Assembly (NCBI RefSeq): GCF_009914755.1
Contig: NC_060929.1
Direction: 5' to 3' (one strand)
Length of the DNA stretch: 64,000 bases
Origin: the human T2T-CHM13v2.0 reference genome, Homo sapiens
Shown in pieces: positions 24,103 to 37,989 of the stretch. Below the pieces are notes generated by a model. That model saw only the letters and a program-made list of their open reading frames with translations. It was not told the DNA's origin and did no database searches. Both the position numbers and the translations under genes were made by a program. How positions within the stretch are numbered: position 1 is the first letter of the stretch; each line of letters opens with the position of its first letter.

Positions 24103-25227
24103 ATGGGGGATTACGGGTTTGGAGTGCTAGTGCAAAGCAATACTGGGAATAAATCTGCTTTTCCAGTCAGATTCCATCCACATCTGCAGCCTCCACACCA
24201 TCACCAAAATGCCACCCCCAGCCCTGCTGCTTTTATAAATAATAACACAGCTGCCAATGGCAGCAGTGCTGGGTCAGCTTGGCTTTTTCCTGCTCCAGCT
24301 ACCCATAACATTCAGGATGAGATCTTGGGGTCAGAAAAAGCAAAAAGTCAGCAACAGGAACAGCAAGACCCCTTAGAAAAGCAGCAGCTTTCCCCAAGTC
24401 CAGGTCAGGAAGCTGGAATACTGCCTGAAACAGAGAAGGCAAAATCAGAAGAAAATCAAGGGGACAATTCTTCGGAAAATGGCAATGGGAAGGAGAAAAT
24501 AAGGATCGAATCTCCAGTGTTGACAGGGTTTGATTATCAAGAAGCCACTGGGCTAGGTACTTCAACCCAACCCTTGACATCTAGCGCATCGTCTCTTACT
24601 GGTTTCAGTAACTGGTCAGCAGCGATAGCGCCTTCCTCCTCTACAATAATCAATGAAGATGCAAGTTTCTTTCACCAGGGAGGGGTCCCTGCTGCTTCGG
24701 CTAATAACGGTGCTCTGTTGTTTCAAAATTTCCCCCATCATGTCAGCCCTGGCTTTGGAGGCAGCTTCTCTCCTCAGATCGGGCCTCTCTCACAGCACCA
24801 CCCACATCACCCTCATTTCCAGCATCATCACAGCCAGCATCAGCAGCAAAGGAGGTCTCCTGCCAGTCCCCATCCCCCACCCTTCACACATAGAAATGCT
24901 GCTTTTAACCAGCTGCCTCATTTGGCGAATAATCTTAACAAACCCCCCTCTCCGTGGAGCAGCTACCAGAGTCCGTCACCAACACCCTCCTCTTCCTGGA
25001 GCCCGGGCGGTGGTGGATATGGTGGCTGGGGAGGTTCCCAAGGCCGAGATCACCGCAGAGGGCTGAATGGTGGAATAACGCCCCTGAACTCCATCTCGCC
25101 TTTGAAGAAAAATTTTGCAAGCAATCATATTCAGCTCCAGAAGTATGCTCGCCCCAGCTCTGCCTTTGCACCTAAATCCTGGATGGAAGATAGCTTGAAC
25201 AGGGCTGACAACATTTTTCCTTTTCCG
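24103..25227 (+). CDS. CPEB4: CPEB4 coding exon 1 (aa 1-375, intrinsically disordered/low-complexity N-terminal domain)
   Basis: ORF MGDYGFGVLVQSNTGNKSAFPVRFHPHLQPPHHHQ...KSWMEDSLNRADNIFPFP is recognisable as the human CPEB4 N-terminus, with a His cluster and many SP/TP sites. In-frame stops (TAA TAA) directly precede the ATG. The exon ends at donor CCG|GTAAGA (GT at 25228), phase 0, 1125 nt. Confidence 0.97.
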
Positions 25228-27371
25228 GTAAGATTATGTTCCATTAATAGATTAGGATGAATAAGGAAATAGCATGGTGTAATATCTATGTAACTAGAGT
25301 TTGAAGTGCCCGTATTCACATCAGAGCTTTTCTTAGAGAGAAAATGAATCAATAACCAGACTTTATTTTAGCAGGAGTGTAATTGGAACAAAATATTCAG
25401 CTGTTTCTTTGGCAGTTTTCTAAATTGTAGCCTTAATCTTGTCATAGATAATTATGAATACCTGGTAGCTGGTGATGTAGTAATTATTAACTATAATACC
25501 TTTCTTGCCTGACATGAGAATCAGGGTCAGTTTTTTCCCTATTTAGATGAGAATAAATAATATATAGATATAAATATATTTCATTGCAGAAACTATTGAA
25601 TGTTTTCTGAAGTAACTATATAACTAAACAAATTTCTTTTGACACTATAAGGTAGTGATTCACTGAAAACCAGCTATTGAATTACAGTTTTCTCACTGGT
25701 TGGTTGCATTTTAAACCTGGAAACTCTCTGAACCTTGTAGGTCTGAACAGCCTGAATTGATGGACTTGGCAATTCCTCTTAAACCTCTGCAAATTTTGGC
25801 CTACCTTTCATCAGTAAGGACTATCTAGTGAGAGAAATGATCTAAATGTTTTCTTCATCCCCATTTATTTTTGAACACTGTGAAACTGTTCATCTCAGAG
25901 TGACTCTTTATGCCTTTCACCCGTTTGTTTATTTTCCAATGTTAACATTGAAGATGTAGATAATTAAACCATTCCTAAAAATAGATCCAGGCAAAGATCA
26001 TTTGTCTTTCTTGCTACCAGAATATCTTTATTCTGGCAAGAGTCATTGATGTTTTTGAATTAATGAGCAGCAAGTTAGGTTGATATGAACTAGATAAAGG
26101 GAATTTCATAGGTGGTTGAACGTCAGATGCTCCACTAAATGTATATACTTTGAGGGTATGATTATATGTGTTTAGGAAATTTATAAGGGGTAAGAATCTA
26201 GCATTGAATCTAGTTTTCCCAACAACCTCACAAGATGAGTTCTGTTATTATCCCCATTTTACAGATGCAGAAATTGAATATGAGAAATATATAATAACTT
26301 AGCCAAGGGTACACAGCTGGTCAGAGTACAAATTCTAAGTTAAAAAAAAAAACAAACCCAAGGATTGAAAATATGTATACATACATGTGTGCACGTACAC
26401 ATGTGCTACAGCTAGAGGGTTACTTTAGAAATATTTCTGCAAAGGCTGAAACAGATTATAGAATCATTGCACTGTTCCCAAATACGATGTTAGCCCTAGC
26501 AGAATTATCTGTTTTAATTAGTAATTGACTGAGAGGGAGGGGAAGTTTGCTAAGAGAACCCTATGTCATTCCTTTCCTAAGGATTCAGGTGCAGTGCATC
26601 TTAAAATATGTGGGTATATTTAGTTTTCGACTTCTAAAAACGATTTTTTTTTTTTTTTTTTTTTTTGCCTATCAAAAAGCTGTTGGCATTTGCTTTAAAG
26701 GGTTTCAGTTGTTAAAACCAAAGATCAATTACTGTGCTTTAGTGGTCAAGTAAAAAGGCTGTTTAAGACATTGACAATCCCATGAAGTCTATTTTTAAAA
26801 AGTTGCCTTTGATATTCCTTTGAACATAAATTTAAAGAAAATTTAATGCAAAGATAAGTTTTATGAATTATTCTTATATTGCTAATTTAAAAATTGTAAG
26901 TTAACATTCAGTACATTTTAACTGGATTAAGATTTGGCTCAGAACTAAATACACCTTTTTTTCTTATTTTGCTACTATATGCTGACACAGTGAATTTATG
27001 TGGCCTCACAGTTTGGTTCCCATTCTCAGCTTACTGACTTTTGTTAAGATTGCTTTAGGAAAAATGAAAAGTTCAGACAATGAATAAAATATACATATAT
27101 GCACATTAATATTTTTTCCTATTGGGCTAATAGAGTGTGTGTTATGTGTGAAATCTTTTTGAACAGTTTCTTTGGAGATTAAGTTGATTTATGAAATAAT
27201 AGTTAGACTAAGATTGATACTAAAATATATTGTTAGAAACTAACTCTTCCCTTAGAACTGCTGTCTTTTATATTGATTATGGGAAAAGGATGGTCAGTGT
27301 ACCTGACTTTCAAATATGGTAAGATTCAAAAGTAAATTGTTAATTCTGCTCCTCATCCCCACCATTTGTAG

Positions 27372-27374
<3 letters not shown>

Positions 27375-27426
<52 letters not shown>
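27375..27426. repeat. Compound (TG)n(AG)n microsatellite
   Basis: Direct read. Confidence 0.95.
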
Positions 27427-27715
27427 CACACGCACACATGTATGAGGAGAGAGCTAGCAGTGGGGTGATTTGAAAGTCACAAGAGAAATAAATGATTTGA
27501 AAAAAATCTCTATGACAAGAAACTCCTAATTGGGTTTTGAAAAAGTCTAAAGAAGTAAGTAAACTGACCACTGTGATTCTTACTTAAATGGATACAGTTC
27601 TTTTTGCTTTTTAAAAACCAATAATTCTTGTGAATTAGTTATTTTTGAGAAAAAGTATCATTTTAAGTTGGTATAAGTAACTTGGTTAAATTTGTCTTAT
27701 TTAAATTTATAACTT

Positions 27716-27832
27716 GCAGGCACGTGCCTGTAATCCCAGCTACTTGGGAGGCTGAGGCAGAAGGATTGCATGAGCCCAGGAGTTTGGGACCAACCTGGGC
27801 AACATAGTGAGACCCCCGTCTCAAAAAAAAAT
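27716..27832 (+). mobile_element. FLAM (Alu monomer) with 12-bp TSD
   Basis: Monomer plus A tail; AATTTATAACTT at 27704-27715 and 27833-27844. Confidence 0.88.
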
Positions 27833-28360
27833 AATTTATAACTTAAACACTATTAATTTTAGGAAAGAAATTTTATAGATATTAGCACTTCAATTTAATT
27901 ACTATTAAAATAATTCCTTTCTTCTGCAATATTTCTCACAGGGGAAAAAAAAAGAATAAAAAGAATTCCTTAGGCGTGATAGAGAGATCTTGAAACTTAC
28001 CACAGACATTAAGGATAGTGCTTACATGGGTACATTATAATAATGGTATTCAATCAAAGGCCAGCACGTTATTGTTATATTGAAAGGAAATAATTTACCT
28101 GAAGTGTAACTGATATTAGGCAATGTTTATTTTAATTTGAAATGAACCAGAATGATTTTTACGTTTGTTTACTCAGGTTTGGGTACATATAATGAATTAA
28201 AATTAATAACCTTTTAAATTCATAATCCTCCCCCCCAATAACTGATAGGGGAAGACATTTTATTTGGAGGATTTTTGTATATTAAAAGGTGTTTCTAAGT
28301 TATTTTTGCTTAGCTTAAAGCTTCATTACATGAATTCAGAGGGCATCACTCAAATCCTGA

Positions 28361-29030
<670 letters not shown>

Positions 29031-31148
29031 CTAAATGTTTTACATGTATTGATTCATTTAATTCACTCAACAATCCTATGAAGCAGAAATTATTATTATT
29101 TTTATTCACAGACAAGATTTGGCTCTTAATCATTATACTACAGTGCCTCTTCACATAATGATAATATGGCAGGGGGATAGTGGGTGCAGGTGGGGCTGGA
29201 AGGGAGAGTGCCTCCCAGACGCATGTAAGATGAGAGGAAAAAATTTTACAGTGATACATGATGATCAAAGGCTGATTGTAGATAGAGTATTGAAAGGGGA
29301 AAATAATTGAGTATACTTGTTTATCAACTTTAAATGTTAAACTTAGATAATATTTTGGTCAATGCTTTTGTTTTAAATTTTGAGCACATGTTATATACCA
29401 GGCACTGGGCTAGGTGCTTTCAAATATGTTATTTCACTTCCTATGTGGGATTTCTCAGCCCTGTGACATTTGGTTTTATTGTCCCAATTTCAAAATGAAG
29501 GTCCATATTCATGTGACTACAGGCATGATTGGACCCTTACAGTAAGGAAAAAAAAAATCCTGTCTTACCAAACATATCTTAGAATTCTGACATCCAAAGC
29601 AGATAATATATTGGGGCACCTGCCAATAATTATATTTGAGTATAGCATTTCTTTGGAGGGGTGCCTGGATCTTCTATCCTTACAGGAAAGTAAAGGAGAA
29701 TTACTTAGTATATGTGCTGACACCCTCTTAACTACAGCTCAATTATGTTGCCGCTTTCATTAGCTAAGAGTCAGGTAGGAAGGAAAAAGACAAAATCAGT
29801 ATGTCACAAAGACTATCCTAAAACTTGTTTGATAGGGAAACAAGTGTCTAGATCCTCAAAATTATATACTGCATCTTATATTTGCAAACAGAACACTGCT
29901 GCAGTGCTTCAGTTCTAAAAGTCATGGTGGATTATTAAAATTGTCTAATAGGCAACCTCATTACATTTTCTTGTTTCTTAATACAGTATCGTTCCAAGAA
30001 GGATCTTTGCATAGGAAACATTTTCTTTGACTTAGAAGGGGAGAAATCAGTTTTTTCAACTGTAAATTGTGGGTCGGATGGTTCTAGATCTAGCAGAACT
30101 GACATATTGGAAAAATCTTCCTCTTTGTAGAAGGCTTTTTAACTAGGTTAGATAGCTTTTCTGATGAAATTAAAACTAATTCCAGGGTAGAGTTTTTTTC
30201 TTTTTCTTTTTCTATCTTCAGAGAAGCCATCTTCAGAGAAGCCATGGAATATGATCAGCACATTGTTCCAACACCTTTCAGGAAAAACCTGTTTATCGCA
30301 AGCCTAATAAATGTGGTTGTTGCTGGTTGCAACTAGAAAGATGCTACTTAGCTCATGAGTTTAAGTTTTTGAAAGTCATCGTTGTTGGTGTTCATAAGAA
30401 AGAAATGGGGAACCTAGTTTTTAAATTAACATATGCCTAGGTTTGAATTTGACAGTTTCAGTTTATTTTCCTTATGACTTTCTCTATTTTGCTAGGAGGA
30501 AAATAAGCTTGATAATTCGCTGTCATATTTTTTCAGCGCTGTATTGTACCTCAGTTTTTGGTCTCATCTCACATAAGATAATGTGAATAATGTGCTTCTC
30601 TTTAAGGCAGAGAGCCTATAATGTGAGCATTTTAACTTTTTGTGACAAAATTCATTTTATTTTATGTTTAATTGTTCAAAGTTGCCTTGCAGAAATTAAA
30701 AGTATGTTTTACCATGATAAATTTAGAGCAATATATTTTTTAAAATTCAAATTTATTGGAGATTCCCATCCATTTTTTCTCACCGCATTTTATCTTATTG
30801 AAACAGAATGAGTTCCACCTTTAAGTTTTCAAAAAATACTTAGTAGATAGAAAGATAAAGTTGTTGATACTATTTTCAATCAGTTTCTGAAGGTGAAAAG
30901 TGAACAATTATTGAGAAAGGCTATTTTGTGAGCCCAAAAATGTAGAGTGAAGCATAGGCTGTGGACTCAGACTTAAGTTTGACTCTGAATTTGAATGTAA
31001 TTATTTACTATATGAAGCTGTTGTAAAAATAAATAAAATGCATATATAAAGCTTTAAAAATTTTGTCTCTAAACTCTAATGAGCAGTGTGACCTTGAGTA
31101 AATCTTTTAAATTCCAGAAGAAAATACCGTATCAAGAAAATAATAACT

Positions 31149-31281
31149 GGCCGGGCATGGTGGGTCACACCTGTGATCCTAGTACTTTGGGAGGCCGAGG
31201 TGGACGGATCACTTGAGCCCAGGAATTTGAGACCAGGCCTGGGCAACATGGTCAGACCCCATCTCTAGAAAAAATACAAAA
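31149..31281 (+). mobile_element. Alu left monomer / FLAM
   Basis: ggccgggcatggtgg...catctctagaaaaaatacaaaa. Confidence 0.85.
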
Positions 31282-33054
31282 CACTTTTTCTAAAATATGA
31301 TAATACCTAACAGTGAAGGGTAATGTGAGGCACCTTATGTATGTGGCCATATTAGGTTGATTAACTTTTTAAATTTAAAATATGGCTTTCTTATATTGAA
31401 TAAAGTTATGAAATTAGTTACAAATATAGCTTGTGTTACTGTGAAATATTTTAGTCATGCTTATCTTGCTATATATGCTTTATTGAATAAGCTATAGATG
31501 CAACCCCAGACAGATAAAATATTTAGCAGAATTATCAATTTTCTCGAAGAGAAGTTTTCTAATTAAATATAAGCTTAAACTTTCATTAGCATTGACAGCC
31601 TGTTTCTTTCAGGATTTTGAAAGATTTTGGCCACAGTTGTTTTATTAAGAACTTTAGAACATGTGATTGCTTTTGCATACATTAAAGGAGACTACATTTT
31701 AATGGAGAATTTATGATTTTTCAGTAAGAGATATGAAAGGGTGCCATAGATTTGAATTGAGAATAGTTTGGCTTTTATCCTGGAATCAAGAGTTTTTAAA
31801 AAATATTTTAATGTATTTAGCACACATTTATTGGAGCACCTACTATGTTATGGACTAAGCACAGGACTGTCATAAAAAATGAATCAGTAACATGGTTTGT
31901 AATGTATTTTTGACCTGTGCTAATCTTTGAGTAAGACTGAACATGCATTTTTTTCTCTTAAATATTATAAACAAATTATCAACTAGCCCAATAGTTTCAT
32001 TTTAATCTATAAATTGTTTAATCATTAAGGCAAACTAACATTCAATTTTAGCTATAACAAAAAATTGTATAAATGGCATTTCCAAACTTTTTTATTAACG
32101 TAGTCATTAATGTGTTTATAAATATATGCTTATATTTGGAAATTTTAAATTTTTAGAAAATTATAATGTTTTTGGAAAAATATTTGGAAAGTGTAATTAT
32201 CAATTATAAATACACACTCGTATAAGTTACCGTATGTTTATATATAACATGTGCTGATTTACATTCTATGACAAAATGGTACCACAAAAGGCAAACTTTA
32301 ACTTGGATAGCAGAATTCTGGTCCTGTTACATGCCAAAGAAAAACTCCATCAGCTACCTATAGGTGCTCATTCATGTTTACAAATGGAATTATTCAAGTT
32401 CAAAGCTTTAAGCTGTACAAGCGCATTTTATATTGTAGGTTATTTTGGTTGGGCAATTTCTATTTGCTAAAGATTTATCAGATATATTCTAATCATTTTT
32501 TAGTAGACCAAAACTAAGTTATAATTAGTTCCTCAGTATTATATATTTTAAATCTATATTTATTTTAAAATACCATGTAACAATTTAAATAATAGTTCTT
32601 CCAGGTATTCTTGAGGAATGCATCTAGTCAATAGGATCATGGTACTAGTCAGTAAAATAGTTGCTGCCATTTTATTGTCTATGAGACCTTAAAAAAATAA
32701 AAATATAAGAACGTGACTCAGAATATTCACATACTCTGAAAAAATGTTATTAGAAAACTATCTCAGTTAATGGAAGTCAGATCTGGGTTCCAGATATGGC
32801 TCGGCCATTCATTAGCTATGTGACCTAGGCAAGCTACAGCACCTTCTGGGTCCTTTATTTTCTCATTTCTTTTGTCTGGTATTTTTGAGGATAAAATGAA
32901 ATATGTCTAATATTTGGCTTCTAGAAGATTCTATTGTTTTAAGAAAGCAACTCATCAAACAGAAATATTAAGTCAAAGTTTTATTCAAAATATAGCACAA
33001 TTTCTTAAAATCTGAAAACCCATGTGTAACTGGTGTGTGATAATTTGAACTTAA

Positions 33055-33352
<298 letters not shown>

Positions 33353-34494
33353 TAAATAAAATACAATTCCTAAAGTCACTATACTTAAATAATGGTGGGA
33401 CTGAGGCTAGATGACACACTGATTTTCTTGAACACTGCTGAAAGTGACCAACTGGTGATATTTTTTTTCTCTCTTGGTAAAGCACCCCCTGACCCATGTC
33501 TTCTTAAATTTTTATTATGGAAAAATTTAAATATATTCCATGGTAGACAGAATAGTCTAGTGAACTCCCATGTATGTGTCACCTGGCTTCAACAATTATC
33601 AGCTCCTGGACAATCTTGTTTCATCTATACCCTTAATCCTCTCTCTCCCCATTTGTATTATTTTGAAGCAATTGCTTCATATCATATTATTTCATCTGTA
33701 AATGGTTCAGTATGTGTCTCTAGAGGAGTCTTTAAGAGAAAACATTAAAATTTTTTTCAAGTTGTTTTTTTAAAGAAGGGTAGTGAGAAACTGAAGCAAG
33801 GCCCACATTTCTGTTGTACCTGCTCAGTCTGTTTCACTGCTCAACCTGGTGCCAATAGTGGTGGACCACTGTTGGCTTCATCTTCTCTTTCTGTAACATA
33901 GAAAAATAAGAGATCCAGTTAAAGCACCCAAATACCAGCTAGTGATTCGAAATTTGGGAGGAGAGTATACCGTTTTCCTCCCTTCATCTTATCCTTTCTC
34001 TAGGTTCACACTTCTGTGGACTTGTGGGCAAGACCTCTGAAAGGAAAGATGAGTGAGAGAACAGGACAGGACTGAGCTTTTATGGTTGCTGTCTTTTTTG
34101 TTTTTCTGTTTTTTAAGAGGAATGTAGAGGTTTGGGGTCCCTTGCAGACTTTTAGACTGCATCAACTTTTTACATTTCTTGCTTGCTTTCAGTGCACAAA
34201 TGTTTGATGCTTTTGAAGGGCCATGGGCTGAGGATGCTTAGCTATGGCAAACGTGATACTTCTGCTCCTGAAGTGCACTGGCCAGTGACCTCCTCTTTGT
34301 GCTTGAGTGTTGAGGAGTGCCTTCTGCCCAGGAGATTCTGGAGAACTGTGGATGGGGGTCGGGGGGTGTTGTGAGAGTCTGGAAATGTGGAGGCTGGGCA
34401 CAAGCTGCCTTTTGAGATCACTGTCAAGGCTCACAGAAGAGATGTCGAGGGTTACAAGACATAAGCTTCAGTTTAGGAATAAAGGTTGTGCATT

Positions 34495-34790
<296 letters not shown>

Positions 34791-37700
34791 GTTGTACATT
34801 AGGGTGGACCCCTCTCCCTGCTGACGCCGGACCCTGCTCAGACCTAGCAGACATGGAGAACAGGAACTCTAACAGCCAGTTGAGGTCTAAATAACTTCAT
34901 TCCTCAAGGCTGAGTGTTAGTATTGTTTACCTGCTTTCCTTGAACTAATGACTTCTTGCCCTGAATAGTTTATTAGGGAGAAGTCTTATACTGATAGTTT
35001 TGGGGTCATAGGTTTGAACATATTTTGATTATCTCTATGAAAACAGGTTATAGAAAATAGCACAGAATCACTGACTTATTCAGATACAACCGATATCTAA
35101 TTTAAAATGTGAGTTTCATGCTTTTTTTCATTGCACCATAGAAGGGGCAGAGAAATGTTTATTGAATGAGTTCACTAACCGCCATGCTTTGTGCTCCTGC
35201 TGCCCATATACCTTATCTCACTGGCTTTTCACTACAGATTTATAAGGGAGGTGCTATTATCCTCGTTTTGCTGATGAAATTAAGGTTCAATGATATTGCA
35301 GCATCAAGATCACTTGCTTAGTATGTTTGATACTTAGTATCACAAGTATCAAAGCTTGTGATAGATTTTAATTATTTCTCTCTGCTAGGCAAGATTAGTA
35401 TGAACAAATTGTCAAGAAGAAGAAAAGGTCTATTGATTCAGGAACTGACTGACTAATCAAGCCTAGAATGGTCATTTGGTTTTTTAATACAAATAAGTGA
35501 TGACAAGAAATGTTTATCATTTTAAGGATTTATAATGCTCAAAATGAATGTGATTTATTTAGTAAAGGTGCAATAAAAAATGTTCTCAGAGGCTTTCTGG
35601 AGAGATCTTATTTGTCAATTAACATGGCAACCAAATGGAGCTGTTGATCCAAGGTAATACACTGAAGACATTCATTCATTTAGTTGTAGATCATAATTCT
35701 ATTAGGGAACATGTGGTAACCTAAGATCTGTTAGACTCTACCTTCATTACAGGAGCTATAATGAAAAAGTACTGATTGAAGAGGGAACTTGCAAAGAAAT
35801 ATGAGATGCTGTTAAATGTGGTCCCTCCTGCTTCAGATAATTACCACTTTAACTTTAATCTCTGATGCTCGTTGTCTTCATTCAGGCCACGTATATATAG
35901 TGAAGGATTTCATACCTGGCAGGTAATAATAGAGCAAAAATTCTAGGCCCAAACAAAACTTCACTTAAACCACTTTTCCTGAACATCTTCTCTGAAGTCA
36001 GACTCGACCACTTACTGTGTGACTTTGTAGGGCAATTAGTTAACTTCTCCTAGCTTCATTTGCCTACGATGGGGAAAATAAATGACAGTACTGACTTCAT
36101 ATGATGGTTGTGAGGAACTAATATATGTAAATGTTATGTAATTCATGTAAGATGCACAACACAGAGCCAGGAGGAACATGTTAGCCACTTTCTATATCAG
36201 TGGCGATGGCTTTACGGCATGCTACAAGCTGTGGATATGAAAATGAGTGAAGCTCATGGCGCATGGTGATAGTATAAGCTCTGTCATACAGAGCTTATCA
36301 CTATCTTGTGGGATGTCAGAGTGCTAGGGAGACATAAGGGAAAAGGGATTTGCTGCCTGTGTAGGGATGTGAGGGTCATTTGGAAGTGGAATCTTGAAAG
36401 TTGACTGGATAGTCCACTCTTGATGATCTGTGAATTTACATATTATTTAATTCAAGAGGAATATTTACATTTTGGCAAATCTTGAATTAAAACTCCCATA
36501 GTTACCTTTGATTAATTATGGGCTCTACTGGCATCTCAAAATTTCTATTTATTTTGGCAGCTGACACACTGGCGTACACTTTCCTTTCAAACCAAAATAT
36601 TTTCCCTTCCCTTCTTTACCAGGGAAAGTTTAAGCCAGAAAGAGAAACTTCTGTAGCCTGGTACAGATATGTAGCAGTCTGAGAAATGATGATCACAGTA
36701 ATATATGTTTTTATAGAAATAGAATGAGTCAAGGGATAGCTGAATTTTGGCTTTGGTTCTTAATAATGTGGTTACATTCAATTAATTACCTTTTGTGTTT
36801 TAGACTCAGTCTAGTAATGCCAAAACATACTAGCTCAAGTATAAAAAGAAGCAATAATAGAGTGGTGGTGGTGGTGGTGGGTAGCATGGGTTATATTTAG
36901 ATGAGAACATTTAAACTCAGTACAGTTTTTGCCTGTGAGCACATAACCTAACTGTGAACACCCCAGCATCCAAGACAAAAATGTAACATGATGGGTGATG
37001 TAGATCTCATTCTCTAATGAAAATAAGCATACTTTTAAACAAGAGTGAAATATTTTTGAGAGAAATTTGCCTTGCAGGTTTCTAATCATGGGGCGTTGAC
37101 AGACAATGAATTTTTCCATTGCTGACAAATTTTACAAGAAAATTCATAGATGTTTAACAAACAGCAGTTACTAATATTTTCTGCTTATTAAAATCTGAGA
37201 TCATGCTGTTAAGCCATAATTCTATAAAAGCAAGTCCAAAGGGACCAGTATATACTATGTATTTTCTGATGATGTGACTTGATAAATAGGTTGAATCTGA
37301 AGGAATGAGTAATTAGCATATCCTTTGTTTAGACTGTTTATCTTGGCTTGTAGGGCATTTGACCAGTTGTGAGAGAGAGAAGACATGTCAGTAGTAAATA
37401 CCTGAATGGCAGATATTCCATGTAGCTGAATGAAAAAAAAAAAAAAAAGCTATATGCTTAAGATATGGGGTATATGGATGCCAGAGATAGTATTTTATTG
37501 TGAAAATTCAAGCACCAAATTTGTATTTTGTTTGTTCTTAATGGTGAGCCACTCACCTCTTGATGCTTTTTCTTAAGGAATTTTGTTTTGGTGAAATTGA
37601 ACTTTATTTTAATCTTTCCAAAGGTATGGACCTTAGAACTTGAAAGACAGAGCTGTTTCAGGTTTTGAGAGCAAAGCCCTTCTCTTCATAAGGAAATCAT

Positions 37701-37823
37701 ACAGTAGTTCCTGTAGAATATTTAAGCTGGACTGCATCATAGCTGGCCAACTAGGATAAAAGCTATAAAGCACACCCCTAAGGATCTAATGAAGTTAACC
37801 TGTTGAATGGATTTGCTTAACTC

Positions 37824-37989
37824 CGTGGTTCTCAAAGAGTAATCCCTGGTGTCATTTGGAAACTTGTCAGAGATGGGAATTCTTGGACCCGACCCATGCT
37901 GAATGAGACTGTGGGGATGGACCCAGTAATCTGTATTTTAACAAGAACTCCAGGTGATTCTGACGTACTCTCAAGTATGAGAAACGCTG
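37824..37989. mobile_element. MER5-type hAT DNA transposon
   Basis: gtggttctcaaag...aatctgtattttaacaag...caggtgattctga...gagaaacgctg. Confidence 0.75.
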
